From Malacoraja senta (taxonomy: Eukaryota), in NCBI GenBank assembly GCA_038087875.1, contig CM075995.1, positions 9,798,001-9,862,000 of the forward strand: a DNA stretch of 64,000 bases. The letters are read 5' to 3'. This document shows, in pieces, positions 1-11,919 of this stretch (position 1 is its first letter; every line of letters begins with the position of its first letter). Under the pieces are notes generated by a model. That model was not told the origin of the DNA. It made no database searches and worked only from the letters and a program-made list of their open reading frames with translations. A program made the position numbers and the translations under genes.

Positions 1-21
1 CCCAGTATTCGGGACACTGAC

Positions 22-117
22 CTCCAGAGATCGGAAGACTATCTTGCTGCGGTTTTTCTCTGCCTCTTTACTGGGCAAATCAGATTCTTTAAACTTGAGG
101 AACTGTCTCCAGAGAAC
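22..117 (-). CDS. PLEC: Plectin exon 10 (plakin domain), 96 nt
   Basis: Translates VLWRQFLKFKESDLPSKEAEKNRSKIVFRSLE, matching plectin ILWSQFLKFKEMELPAKEADKNRSKGIYQSLE; CAG acceptor 120-118, GTCAGT donor from 21; phase 0/0. Confidence 0.95.
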
Positions 118-387
118 CTGTACAACGAGGCAATTAATGTTCAGTCACAGTCGCCAAACACATTCCCGTTCAGACAGTTCCCCCTCCCCTCCCTCTTCCC
201 TCCCTCCCTTTCCCCACCCCTCTGCCTCTCCCGTCACTCCCCTCTACCCTCCTCTCCCCTCCCCCATCTGTCCCCTCCCCATCCCTCCCCCCTCTCGTCT
301 GGCCTATCTCCCAACCCCCCTTCTCCCTGTGCACCCCATATGCCCCCTCCCCGCATGGCCAGGCTGCCCCCCCCCTCCTGCACTCAC

Positions 388-507
388 CTCCATCTCCTGG
401 TAGGAGGATGGGAACCTCCTTTCCTCGAAGGTGCTGATGTGGTGCCGGATCCACTGCAGCAGCAGAGTCACCAACTCGTAGTATTCCTGCCATCTCAGCT
501 CCACCTC
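388..507 (-). CDS. PLEC: Plectin exon 9, 120 nt
   Basis: EVELRWQEYYELVTLLLQWIRHHISTFEERRFPSSYQEME; CAG acceptor 510-508, GTGAGT donor from 387; phase 0/0. Confidence 0.96.
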
Positions 508-532
508 CTGCACACACGCACAGACAGTGTCA

Positions 533-630
533 GGGCAGCGGGTGGGGGCAGCGGGTGGGGGCAGCGGGTGGGGGCAGCGGGTGGGGGCAGCGGGTGGGGG
601 CAGTGGGTGGGGGCAGCAAGTGGGGGCAGC
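533..630. repeat. 13-bp G-rich tandem repeat (GGGGCAGCGGGTG)n
   Basis: About 7 direct copies, immediately upstream (gene sense) of the exon 9 acceptor. Confidence 0.9.
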
Positions 631-946
631 AGGTGAGGGAAAAACCCTGTGGCAGATGTGATGTAGATATGGTCAGGAACAAGGTGCAGTAGAAGGCGGG
701 CAGGGGCATGTGGCAGGTGTGCAAAAGGAGATGTAGTGAGGAAGGGCAGGAGGGAGCTGGTCCGGACGATGGCCAGATGTGGTGTGAGAGATGTAATCGA
801 CGTGGGTAAATGTTGCTTCACCAACAGCTGAAGTGTTGGCCAATCTCTCCAGACGACAGGGGCTGTCTGTGCCCATCCCTTGAGATCCCCCCTCCCCAGT
901 TCCCCCACTGTAACACGTCAGTCCACCCTGTCCCAGCAACACTCAC

Positions 947-1053
947 ATTTGCCCGGACTCCCGACTCCACACTGGGGACCCTTGGCAGGGCATCGTAGAG
1001 CGAGGACACGTAGGTGATGATTGACTTCTCATCAGGATGGGGCACGTCCACAT
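947..1053 (-). CDS. PLEC: Plectin exon 8 (end of CH2), 107 nt
   Basis: (D)[38 protein letters not shown] acceptor 1056-1054, GTGAGT donor from 946; phase 1/0. Confidence 0.96.
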
Positions 1054-1092
1054 CTACAGCACAGCACAGAATCAGTGGGAGAGCATGGGACG

Positions 1093-1382
1093 AGGGGGGG
1101 GGGAGAGAAAGGGGGGGGGGAAGAGAGGGGTGAAGAGGGGGGGGGAAAGAGAGGGGGGGAGGAAGAGAGGGGGGGATAGAGAGGGGGGGGAGATAGAGAG
1201 GGGGGGGATAGAGAGGGGGGGAAGAGAGGGTGGGGAAGGAAATAGAAGGGGGGAGGAAATAGAGGGGGGGGAGGAAATAGAGGGGGGAGAGGAAATAGAG
1301 GGGGGGGAGGAAATAGAGGGGGGGAGGAAATAGAGGGGGGGAGGAAATAGAGGGGGGGAGGAAATAGAGGGGGGAGGAGGGG
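1093..1382. repeat. Purine-rich low-complexity tract including 18-bp GAGGAAATAGAGGGGGGG units
   Basis: Direct inspection. Confidence 0.9.
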
Positions 1383-2329
1383 TTGAAGTGTACATGAGTA
1401 TTCTCTTGTGTGTCACTCTACAGTGGGAGCAGGGTAAGGTTGTGCTGAGTTGAGTGCCAGCTCATATGATCATCATGTGCCGTGACTGACAGTGGCGACG
1501 ACCACAGCAACATCAGCCAGCCCTGCACAGAAAGAGGCCGTCGTCTGTTCAAACTGTAGACAGCCTTGCCCACTCTCCACCACACAGCCAAACTCACTGA
1601 CCATGTGACCAAGACATTCACCCAAATGCAGATAACAACAGTGAGCCCAGGACCGTTCCCCACTGGTTACTGGCCATGAGTGTGAGAACCACTCTCACCC
1701 CTTCCACCAAACCTATGCTGTATTCAACAAAAGACACAAACAGCAGGTCAGGCAGCATCAATGGAAAGAATGGACAGGTGATATTTTGGGTCGGGACCTT
1801 TTGGGAACATTGGCTACTCTGCAGTCCTCCAGAATCAGCAATGCCTCTGCAACATCATCTCGCCTCTGTCAATAACGGGATCCATCCCATCTGGACCTGG
1901 GGATTTATCCACCTTAATGCTCCTCAAAAGACCCAACACCACTGCCTTCTAGTCATAGAGTGATACAGTGTGGAAACAGGCCCTTCGTCCCAACTTGCCC
2001 ACACCGGCAAACAATGTCCCAGCTACACTGGTCCATATCCCTCCAAACCTGTTCTAAGCATGTACCTGTCTAGCTGTTTCTTAAACATTGGGATAGTTCA
2101 AGAACATCTTCTTGAACCTCCCTGCTATTATCAGACTCTTGAACAAACCTCTCACGGGTTCAGGATGAATTCCCAAACTGTCAATGTACCGCTTTTTCTA
2201 TCAGCACTTACTCTGTACATGCGCCCGTTGATTGTGGCAAGGCTTGCATGTGTAACAGGCAGCATCACTGGCAACAATGCAGCTCAATGCATTTTACGCC
2301 CACGTTGAACAGGAGGTGGAATAACCATA

Positions 2330-2795
2330 TAACAATTACAGCATGGAAACAGGCCATCTCGGCCCTTCAAGTCCGTGCCGAACACTTTTTCTCCCCTAGT
2401 CCCATCTACCTGCACTCAGACCTTAACCCTCCATTCCTTTCTCGTCCATATACCCATCCAATCTATTTTTAAATGATAAAATTGAACCTGCCTCCACCAC
2501 TTCCACTGGAAGCTCATTCCACACAGCTACCACTCTCCGAGTAAAGAAGTTCCCCCTAATGTTACCCCTAAACTTCTGTCCCTTAATTCTCAAGTCATGT
2601 CCTCTTCTTTGAATCTTCCCTACTCTCAATGGGAAAAGCTTATCCACGTCAACTCTGTCTATCCCTCTCATCATTTTAAAGACCTCTATCAAGTCCCCCC
2701 TTAACCTTCTGCGCTCCAAAGAATAAAGACCTAACTTGTTCAGCCTTTCTCTGTAATTTAGTTGCTGAAACCCAGGCAACATTCTCGTAAATCTC
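2330..2795 (-). mobile_element. CR1-type LINE 3' end (ORF2 C-terminus + 3' UTR)
   Basis: ORF 2423-2782 MLPG..YRERLNKLGLYSLERRRLRGDLIEVFK..FFTRRVVAVWNELP is the typical CR1 ORF2 C-terminus. Confidence 0.9.
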
Positions 2796-2869
2796 CTACA
2801 AATAATCTCCTAATCGATACGACAGAACTTTATTTATCCCAGGAGGAAAATTGATCCCAGGGAATGCCA

Positions 2870-4140
2870 CCTGCCTCAAAACCCTTGGTGGGCCTCTCTC
2901 TGCCCAGTTACTGTGGCACACACACACACACACAAGATCGGCCTTGCTGAGAGTAAACCCAACATAGTGAGTGGTCCTGATGGAGTCCTCAGGGCTTGTG
3001 CAGACCAGCTGGAAGAGGTATTCACAGATATCTTGCACACTACATTCTGAGGTCCCCGTCTGCTTTAAGAAATCCACCACCGTCCCATGGCCAAAGAAAA
3101 GTAAGTTAGTGTGCCTCCATTGGCTTTGGCATCCACCATCATGAAGTGCTTGGAGTCCAGCTTCCAGGCTTGATCCATTGTAGTTTGCCTACTGTTGCAA
3201 CAGGCTCACAGTACACACCATCTCCCCAGCCCTAAACAAGAAGAACACATACATGCTCCTCCGATTTAATGCCTACCTTCAACCGATAATCTCAACCAAA
3301 CTCATGGACCAAGGATTCAGCAATTCCCTGTGCAACTGCCTCCTGGACTTCCTAACCCATTGACCGCAATCAGTGCGAATAACCTCCACGATAATGCTCA
3401 ACAGTGGTGTCCACAAGGATGTGCTCACATCTCTACTCCCTGTGGACAAATTCTGCTCTTATTCAAGTTTGCAGATAACACGACTATAATCAACCAATAT
3501 AATGAGGCGCAGTACATGACGGCGGTAGCAGTCTTAGTGGCTGGGCATAAAGAAACAAGGTGGTGTCCACACTCCAAGCTGCAGCAATAGTGCCAGAGTG
3601 GAGATGGTCAAGCGCGGCAGAGAAGCCAGCCTATTGGGTTGCATCACAACTCGCTTTGGTCATGCCTTTGGCAAAGACTGCAGGAAATGACAGAGTTGTG
3701 TATATAGCCCAGTCTATCATACACACCTGAATCCCCATCTCCCCAACCTCCACACCACGCTTCCTCAACATAAGCCAAGATAATCAAGGACCACTCACAC
3801 CATGTCAATCCCTCCTCCCCTCTCCCCACGCACCAAAGGTACAAAAGCTTGACAGCGTGCACCACCTGATTCAGCAACAGCTTCTTCCCTGCTGTCATTA
3901 GGCTACTGGATGGTCTTGCCATATGGCAGTCTAATCTTGATCTTCCAACCTACATCACTGCAGACGTGGACTTGTAGATCTGCACTTTCTTTGTAATTAT
4001 AACACTGTAAGACTATAAGACTATCTTCTGGTATTTGTCTCTTTACACGTGTGTGTGGTTTGACTGTACTCCTTCCTGGATGGTTTGATTTGACTGAATA
4101 GCCCACAAGCAATCCTGGGACGTGACAATAATAAATCAAA
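2870..4140 (+). mobile_element. Degenerate Rex1/Babar-like non-LTR retrotransposon (RT to 3' end)
   Basis: Broken frames give ADQLEEVFTDI, VPVCFKKSTTVP, ALASTIMKCLE, KFADNTT, NSFFPAVIRLL; AATAAA near 4129. Boundaries approximate. Confidence 0.7.
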
Positions 4141-4379
4141 TACTTCCACTCAACTGCTCCCCATGCATTGACATCCTTTGATAAGGAGAGGACACAGTTC
4201 TCCAGGTGTGGTCTCACTACCTTAAATAACTCAAGTACAACCTCTCTACTTCCCTCTTCAATTCCCCCGCCAATAACAAAACACCCCCTCAGCTTCTTTA
4301 ATGACTGGCCTTCACAATAGTGCACGGAGAAAAGGGAGAGAAATAGCAATGACAGAGGCATCACTGGCAGTGAGAGCAA

Positions 4380-4582
4380 GGGAGAAATAAAAAGAGGAGA
4401 GAGAAAGAGGAGAGAAAGAGAGAGAGAGAAAGAGAGAGAGAGAAAGAGAGAGAGAGAAAGAGGGAGACAGAGAAAGAGAAAGAGAAAGAGAAAAAGAGAA
4501 AAAGAGAAAGAGAGAGGGAGAGAGAGAAAGAGAAAGAGAGAAAGAGAAAGAGAGAAAGAGAAAGAGAAAAAGAGAGAGAGAA

Positions 4583-4613
<31 letters not shown>

Positions 4614-4675
4614 AAGAGAGAAAGAGAGAGAGAGAAAGAGAGAAAGGGAGAGAGAAAGAAAGAGAGAAAGAAAGA

Positions 4676-4713
<38 letters not shown>

Positions 4714-4982
4714 CAGGGGGAAAAGAGAAATAGAGAGAGAGAGAGAGAGAGAGAGAAATAGAGAGAGGGAGAATTAGAGAGAGCGAGGGAGAAATAGAGA
4801 GAGAGAGAAATAGAAAGGGAGAAAGAGACAGAGATAGAGAGCACGACAGAGAGATAGAGAGAGATAGAAAGAGAGAGCGTAACAGAAAGAGAGATAGCGA
4901 GCGAGCACGACAGATAGAGAGAGCACGACAGAGAGAGAGACAGAGCGACAGACCGAGAGAGAGCGCGTGAGAGAGCGCGACA
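4380..4982. repeat. (GA)n/(GAAA)n compound microsatellite
   Basis: Direct inspection; explains the S/L/F-rich tail of ORF 3903-5153. Confidence 0.95.
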
Positions 4983-5053
4983 GATGCAGAGATTTAGTGG
5001 GGAGGGGAGGCGAGGGGCGGGCTGTGGGGAGAGTGAGGAGCAGTGTTCGTTAC

Positions 5054-5169
5054 CTTCGGGGTCGAGCAGTCTGGTGACACCGAGCTCCTTCTCTGCGATG
5101 GTGAAAGCTTGCTCCAGATTCTCCTGGTTCTTCTGTTGATAAACCTTGTTCATGTCAATGAGTGATGGC
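5054..5169 (-). CDS. PLEC: Plectin exon 7 (CH2), 116 nt
   Basis: (R)PSLIDMNKVYQQKNQENLEQAFTIAEKELGVTRLLDPE(D); CAG acceptor 5172-5170, GTAACG donor from 5053; phase 2/1. Confidence 0.96.
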
Positions 5170-5814
5170 CTGCGGGGGACAGATACACAGCCATCACACT
5201 CTGGTCACGGGGACCCTGGAGAGGGAACGCGCGGGATCCACGGGGACTCTGGACGTCTTCCATGGGGGGGTCGAGTGCATTGTAGATAAAGTTGCCATTA
5301 TTGTTTTATAATGATTGCCTGACCACTGAACCATTTTGTACCTTCTGGCATACTGTAATATGCAATTATTGAACAAACTCCTTGGAAGGAAAAAGAAACA
5401 AAAATAACTGTGGCCTCAGGCTGCCCTAGGATATAACCTAATACGGGAACAGGCCCTTCAGCCCATCGCATCCAGGGAGAGAGGGAGGAGCCACGGTGGG
5501 GAAAGTGCATTGATGCCATGAAAGGGAAGGGCAGATGCAATGCAAGCCCAGAGAGAGGGATGGAAGGAGAGGCTGGACCTAAAGCAGGAGAATGAAATGG
5601 TGGAGGGAGAGAGGGGAGGGAGAAGAGTGAGGCAGAGAAGTGATCGGAGGATGAACGAAAGGGAGGGAGGGAGGGAGGGAGGGCAAGTGAAGTGATAGAT
5701 ACTAGGTGATGGGGAGAGGCCAAATGGGAGTGAGAGGGAGAGAGGGAGAGAGGGAGAGAGGATATGTATGGGGTGAGATGTGGTGCAGGGGAGATTTATC
5801 AATCGTGAAATTGA

Positions 5815-6276
5815 ATAGATCTTATAGAGGTGTACAAAATCATGAGAGTCTCTTTCCCAGAGTAGGGGAATCGAGGACCAGAGGACATAGGCTTAAGGTG
5901 AGGGGGAAATGATTTATTAGGAATCTGAGGGGTAACTTTTTCACACAGAGGGTGGTGGGTGTATGGAACAAGATGCCAGAGGAGGTAGTTGAGGCTGGGA
6001 CTATCCCATCGTTTAAGAAACAGTTAGACAGGTACATGGATAGGACAGGATTGGAGGGATATGGACCAAGCGCAGGCAGGTGGGACCAGTGTAGCTGGGA
6101 CATGTTGGCCGGTGTGGGCGAATTGGGCTGAAGGGCCTGTTTCCACACTGTATCACTCTGTCACCATGAAGGGCCCGTTTCCACACTGTATCACTCTGTC
6201 ACCATGAAGGGCCCGTTTCCACACTGTATCACTCTGTGACCATGAAGGGCCCGTTTCCACACTGTATCACTCTGTC
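5815..6276 (+). mobile_element. CR1 LINE 3' end whose terminal 38 bp is tandemly repeated about 4 times
   Basis: SLFPRVGESRTRGHRLKVRG..FFTQRVVGVWN; unit AAGGGCCCGTTTCCACACTGTATCACTCTGTCACCATG starts at 6131, 6169, 6207, 6245. Confidence 0.88.
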
Positions 6277-7572
6277 CTGGTCAGGAAAAAGGCAACTCCA
6301 TTACGGGCGGTTTGGGTGGCAAACTGGATGACATTGGATGAGACCCTGTCACACTGGAGAGATGTTTGGAGGCGTGTGATTAGTGGTACATCAGTGCTCG
6401 GCCCACTGCTGCTTGGCATCTCTGGGAATGATTTGGAGGAGAATGGTCAATAGGTTTGTGGGTGGACAATGATGAAGGTTGTCTCAGGTTACAAGATCTT
6501 GGTCACTTGGCAAGTGGGCCAAAGAATGGCAGATGGAGTTTAACTGGGGCAGTGCCAGGTGTGTATTTTGGGAAGTTAAAGCAAGGCAGGATGTAGAGTA
6601 ACTATCTGTATAGAGGGGAGAGTTACAGACCAGAGTCCTCAGGGTATAGGTACACAGATGCCCATGGGCAGCTCCACAGGTGAAGGTGGTGTTTTGGCAC
6701 GCTTGCCTTCACCATTGGTGCATTATATGTTATTGTGGACATTGGTGGGATTGCAGCAGGAAGTCGTGTGCAGTGGTGAATGCCCAGCTGTGAGACCAGG
6801 TAGAGGGACCACAGGAGCTGGCAGCTTAAGTTTCCCAGTGATCACAGGTCATGCTGTGGGAATGGGAAGATGAGGTGGCCGCAGGAGACCATGCAGCAGG
6901 CGGGTGAGAGAGCAAGCGCGCGCATGGGGCGCAGCCTGCAGCAGCTGCATGTTTGGAGTGGCGGCGGTGGGGTTGGCGGAGGCGGCCGCAGGAGGTTTGC
7001 GGTGTTGGCGATAGTGTTGGCAGGAGGTTTACGGTGGGGGTGGGCGGTGGTGTTGGTGAAGATGGCCGCGGGCGGCCCTACAGCAGGCGGGCGGGCGGGT
7101 GGATGGAGCGCAGCCTGCGGCAGATGCACAGAGCAGCGGTGGAAGGAACCAATAGCATGGTGCTGGGCCAGGCCCACCTCTACTTCACCAGGAACTATGT
7201 GATTACGCTGGAGAGGGTGCAGGCATCCCATGCTCTGAAAGCACTCTGCTCGGCATGGACAGCTGCATCGTCTGCTCTGTGGCTCGGAGCGGTAACACAG
7301 TGCACGGCATCTGACGGTATTGCCGTAAATCCTGGCCACCAGCCCAGTCACACCCACTGCACGCCACTAACTATTCCACAAGATACACCAACAGAAAGCT
7401 GCAGCCAAAAACATTGCCACAGGCTCCTACACAACCCAGCCTGGGCATGCAAAAGGGGTGGGGAAGGAGGGGGACAGGTGGGGAGAGAGAGAGAGAGAGA
7501 GAGAGAAGTAGGAGCTGGAGAGAGAAAATGACAGCGTTGGGACAGTGAGGGAAAGGAACAGACAACAGATCG

Positions 7573-8226
7573 GAGAGGCGGGGGGGAGAGTGGCGGGGGG
7601 GAGAGGCGGGGGGAGAGAGGCGGGGGGGGAGAGTGGCGGGGGGGAGAGTGGCGGGGGGAGAGAGGCGGGGGGAGAGAGGCGGGGGGGGAGAGAGGCGGGG
7701 GGGGAGAGAGGCGGGGGGGGAGAGAGGCGGAGGGGGAGAGAGGCGGAGGGGGAGAGAGGCGGGGGGGGGAGAGAGGCGGGGGGGGGAGAGAGGCGGGGGG
7801 GGAGAGAGGCGGGGGGGGGAGAGAGGCGGCGGGGAGAGAGGCGGCGGGGAGAGAGGCGGCGGGGAGAGAGGCGGGGGGGAGAGAGGCGGGGGGAGAGAGG
7901 CGGGGGGGAGAGAGGCGGGGGGGAGAGAGGCGGGGGGGAGAGAGGCGGGGGGGAGAGAGGCGGGGGGAGAGAGGCGGGGGGGAGAGATGTGGGGGGGAGA
8001 GAGGCGGGGGGGGAGAGAGGCGGGGGGGGGAGAGGCGGGGGGGGAGAGAGGCGGGGGGGGAGAGAGGCGGGGGGGGAGAGAGGCGGGGGGGGAGAGGCGG
8101 GGGGGGAGAGAGGCAGGGGGGGGGGGAGAGGCAGGGGGGGGGAGAGAGGCGGGGGGGGAGAGAGGCGGGGGGGGAGAGAGGCGGGGGGGGGAGAGAGGCG
8201 GGGGGGAGAGAGGCGGGGGGAGAGAG
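7573..8226. repeat. G-rich minisatellite (GAGAGGCGGGGGGG)n
   Basis: Direct inspection; many G-runs (G-quadruplex-prone on the + strand). Confidence 0.95.
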
Positions 8227-8293
8227 GCTGGTTATTTGAGAGGTAGAGGGAGGGAGAGGCTGGTTGGGGCGGTGCTGCGGGGATCTTGCTTAC

Positions 8294-8463
8294 AGCTCGG
8301 TGAGCATGAGAGTGGAGTGCAGGGAGTACACGGGTCCAGTCATCGCACAGTTGGACACGTCCTCACACATCATCACCACCCGGTCCTCAGAGTGGGACTG
8401 GGATGCGGAGGAGCTGCTGTGGCGTTGCTGCCTCTTCTTCCTCCTCTTCATGGAGTTGAGCAT
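8294..8463 (-). CDS. PLEC: Candidate alternative internal first exon of plectin (splices to exon 7)
   Basis: ATG 8463 (AGCATGC, A at -3); 56 codons + 2 nt MLNSMKRRKKRQQRHSSSSASQSHSEDRVVMMCEDVSNCAMTGPVYSLHSTLMLTE(L); donor CT|GTAAGC in phase 2, matching exon 7; unique sequence; in-frame TGA upstream at 8505-8503. Confidence 0.6.
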
Positions 8464-8908
8464 GCTGCCGGTATTCGCCACACACTCCGTGTCAGTGCCG
8501 TCTCACCCCAGCAGTGCCGGCAGGGTGGGGCGGGGAGCGAGCAAAGACCTGCTGCCTACAGGGAGCAGACGGCTCATACCTGCCACTCCCCATGAAGGTA
8601 GCCAGCTGTCCAAGCTGCTGCCAGGAACACTCCCCACTCACACACAGCAGCAGCAGCCAGGCACACGTCCCAACACGGATCACATCTACTGCTCAAACAT
8701 ACACCAGCACTCATGGGGAGAGAGCAACTCCCTACTTACCGGGGAGAGAGGGGGGGAGGGGGAAGGGGGGGAGGGGGAAGGGGGAGAGGGGGAGGGAGGG
8801 AGAGGGGGGGAAGGGGAAGGGGGAGGGAGAGTGGAGTGTGTGTGTGTAGATATGTGCGGGTGAGTGAGTGTGAGCCGGCCTGCCCTGCTGGTGCTGCTTG
8901 GCCTGTAC

Positions 8909-9075
8909 CTGTGCTGGTGAATGACAGCGTTGAAGATCTTGCCGTCCCTCCAGCTGCTTGTGAAGTTGTCACAGCGCAGGTCCCGGTAATTCTCCACCAT
9001 CCGCTGCGACCATAGCAGCAGCTTCTCCTTGGCCGTCATGTCATCCGACTGCCCGCTCACCTGGATGTCCGAGAT
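8909..9075 (-). CDS. PLEC: Plectin exon 6 (start of CH2), 167 nt
   Basis: [55 protein letters not shown](R); CAG acceptor 9078-9076, GTACAG donor from 8908; phase 0/2. Confidence 0.97.
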
Positions 9076-9107
9076 CTGCAGAGCATTGTCCCATCAGCCT
9101 TCGAGCA

Positions 9108-10075
9108 GCCCAGCACCGACATACCCCAGCCCCGACATACCCCAGCACCACCCCGACATACCCCAGCACCACCCGACATACCCCAGCACCACCCCGACAT
9201 ACCCCAGCACCGCCCCGACATACCCCAGCACCGACATACCCCAGCCCCGACATACCCCAGCCCCGACATACCCCAGCACCACCCCGACATACCCCAGCCC
9301 CGACATACCCCAGCACCACCCCGACATACCCCAGCACCACCCCGACATACCCCAGCCCCGACATACCCCAGCACCACCCCGACATACCCCAGCACCACCC
9401 CGACATACCCCAGCACCACCCCGACATACCCCAGCCCCGACATACCCCAGCCCCGACATACCCCAGCACCACCCCGACATACCCCAGCACCACCCCGACA
9501 TACCCCAGCACCACCCGACATACCCCAGCACCACCCCGACATACCCCAGCCCCGACATACCCCAGCCCCGACATACCCCAGCCCCGACATACCCCAGCCC
9601 CGACATACCCCAGCACCACCCCGACATACCCCAGCCCCGACATACCCCAGCCCCGACATACCCCAGCCCCGACATACCCCAGCCCCGACATACCCCAGCC
9701 CCACCCCGACATACCCCAGCACCACCCCGACATACCCCAGCACCACCCCGACATACCCCAGCCCCGACATACCCCAGCCCCGACATACCCCAGCCCCGAC
9801 ATACCCCAGCCCCGACATACCCCAGCCCCGACATACCCCAGCCCCGACATACCCCAGCCCCGACATACCCCAGCCCCGACATACCCCAGCCCCGACATAC
9901 CCCAGCCCCGACATATACCCCTGCCATGATATATACCCCAGCCCCGACATATACCCCTGCCATGATATATACCCCAGCCCCACCCCGACATACCCCAGCC
10001 CCGACATACCCCAGCCCCGACATATACCCCTGCCATGATATATACCCCAGCACCACACCGGTATATTCCCCAGCA
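9108..10075. repeat. Minisatellite of mixed 16/21-bp units CCCCGACATACCCCAG(CACCA)
   Basis: Direct inspection; starts about 30 nt upstream of the exon 6 acceptor. Confidence 0.97.
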
Positions 10076-10139
10076 CCGAGATACCCCCTACAACCCTATA
10101 CCACAACGTCAGTACTCAGTACCGCACCTTCCACCACCC

Positions 10140-10964
10140 TCTGAAAAAGTTGCCCCTTAGCTTCCTGTTAAGTTTTTCCATTCTCAGCTTAACCCTATGC
10201 CCTCAGGTTCTTGATTCCCCGACTGTGGGTAAAAGAAAGTGCATTCACCATATCTGTGACCCTCATGACTTTATACACCTTGATTTGGTCAACCCTCAGC
10301 CTCCTGCACATCAAAGAATAAAGTCCACGCCTGTCCAACCTTTCTCTCCAGCTCAACCCTTGAGTCCTGGTGACAAATCTTGTCGGTGCAGGAAAGAACT
10401 GCAGATGCTGGTTTAAACCGAAGATAGACACAACATGCTGGAGTAACTCAGCGGGACAGGCAGCGTCTCTGGAGAGAAGGAATGGGTGATGTTTCGTGTC
10501 GAGACCCTTCTTCAGACTGAGCAACTGAAACGTCACTCAACAAATCTTGTCTGTAGTTTTTCCAGCCTCATGACCTCTCTTCAATAGCAGGGTGACCACA
10601 ACTGAACACAATGCTCCAAGTGCTGCCTCTCCAACATCTTGTGCAACTGTAACATCAGTTGCCCAACTGATGAAGGCCAACATACCTAAAGCCTTCAATT
10701 TCTGTGCCATCTGCAAACTTACTTATGGATGATCATCTAAAATCAGTACCCCGCTCCTGCCTTCTCCCAATATCCCTGATTCCCTTAGCCCTAAGAGCTA
10801 AATCTAACTCACTCTTGAATGTATCCAGTGAATTGGCCTCCACTGCTTTCTGTGTGAAAAAGTTTTTTCCTCATCTCAGTTCAAAATGGCATACCCTTTA
10901 TTCTTAAACTGTGACCACTGGTTCTGGACTCCCCCAACATGGGAAACATTTTTCCTGCATCTAG
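10140..10964 (-). mobile_element. CR1 LINE fragments with an inserted Penelope-derived short repeat (about 10385-10520)
   Basis: GLSWRERLDRRGLYSLMCRRLRVDQIKVYKVMR motif; second CR1 3' end runs into the gap. Confidence 0.8.
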
Positions 10965-11164
10965 NNNNNNNNNNNNNNNNNNNNNNNNNNNNNNNNNNNN
11001 NNNNNNNNNNNNNNNNNNNNNNNNNNNNNNNNNNNNNNNNNNNNNNNNNNNNNNNNNNNNNNNNNNNNNNNNNNNNNNNNNNNNNNNNNNNNNNNNNNNN
11101 NNNNNNNNNNNNNNNNNNNNNNNNNNNNNNNNNNNNNNNNNNNNNNNNNNNNNNNNNNNNNNNN
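10965..11164. other. Assembly gap (200 N)
   Basis: Run of exactly 200 N; the round number suggests a placeholder of unknown true size. Confidence 0.99.
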
Positions 11165-11424
11165 ATGGGTGGAGTAAGTGACAAAGGCTCGAGTTGAAAA
11201 GGGTGTCAGGTCAGAGGGGGAAGTGAATTGTAAAGCTAGAGGGAAGGATATTGGTGAAAGGAAAGGGGGGGGGATGAAGGGAGGGGGGCAGGTAGGTAAC
11301 TGGTATACTGAGGAAGGGCAAGGGATAGTAGGCAGATGGAACCAGATGTAGGTAGGACACATAGACTCAGAGAGTGATGAGCTGGAATCTAATTAGTAAG
11401 GAAAGTGTTAATGGGGACTAAGTT

Positions 11425-11850
11425 GTGACCACTGCCCAGTCCATCACCGGCTTTGACCTCCCCACCGTCGAAGGGATCTATCGTAGTTGCTGCCTCAAAA
11501 AGGCAGCCAAAATCATCAAGGACCCACACCATCCTGGCCACACACTCATTTCACCGTTGCCATCAGGAAGAAGGTCCAGGAGTCAGAAAACTGTAAAATC
11601 CAGGTTCAGAAACAGCTTCTTCCCTACAGCCCTCAGGCTATTAAACACAACAACAAATAAGCTCTGAGCTCTGAACTGCAAAAGACTATATTATTATTGC
11701 ACTATATTTGTTATTTATTGAACTTTTTCCTTTTTTTCTCTCCCTCGATATGTACTGTTTACATATTCACATATTCTGTTGTGCTGCAGCAAGTAAGAAT
11801 TTCATTGTCCCATCCGGGACATATGACAATAAAACACTCTTGACTTGACT
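11425..11850 (+). mobile_element. Rex1/Babar-like LINE 3' end
   Basis: ORF 11425-11667 ..KAAKIIKDPHHPGHTLISPLPSGRR..RFRNSFFPTALRLLN; tail AATAAAACACTCTTGACTTGACT. Confidence 0.8.
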
Positions 11851-11919
11851 ATTAAGGGAGAATCATCCCATCTCCTGTGTTCCTCCATTAATGGGCAGAG
11901 GAATAGCAGTTGGGGATTA

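Noticed and set aside
1418..1700. Unique-looking hydrophobic ORF in intron 7 as a possible alternative exon
   Set aside because: No ATG plus phase-1 donor combination matching exon 8 found.
3903..5053. 416-aa ORF extending exon 7
   Set aside because: Read-through past the GTAACG donor into a (CT)n microsatellite.
7366..7450. Second intron-6 first-exon candidate MPRLGCVGACGNVFGCSFLLVYLVE with TA|GTTAGT donor
   Set aside because: Phase 2, but joining to exon 7 creates TAG; other frames and donors in 7140-7450 are phase-incompatible.
9029..10144. Long ORFs of 320-371 aa on both strands (likewise 7545-8595, 14414-16023, 35705-37105, 46921-47830, 50542-51347)
   Set aside because: Translations of tandem repeats lacking stop codons; no domain content.
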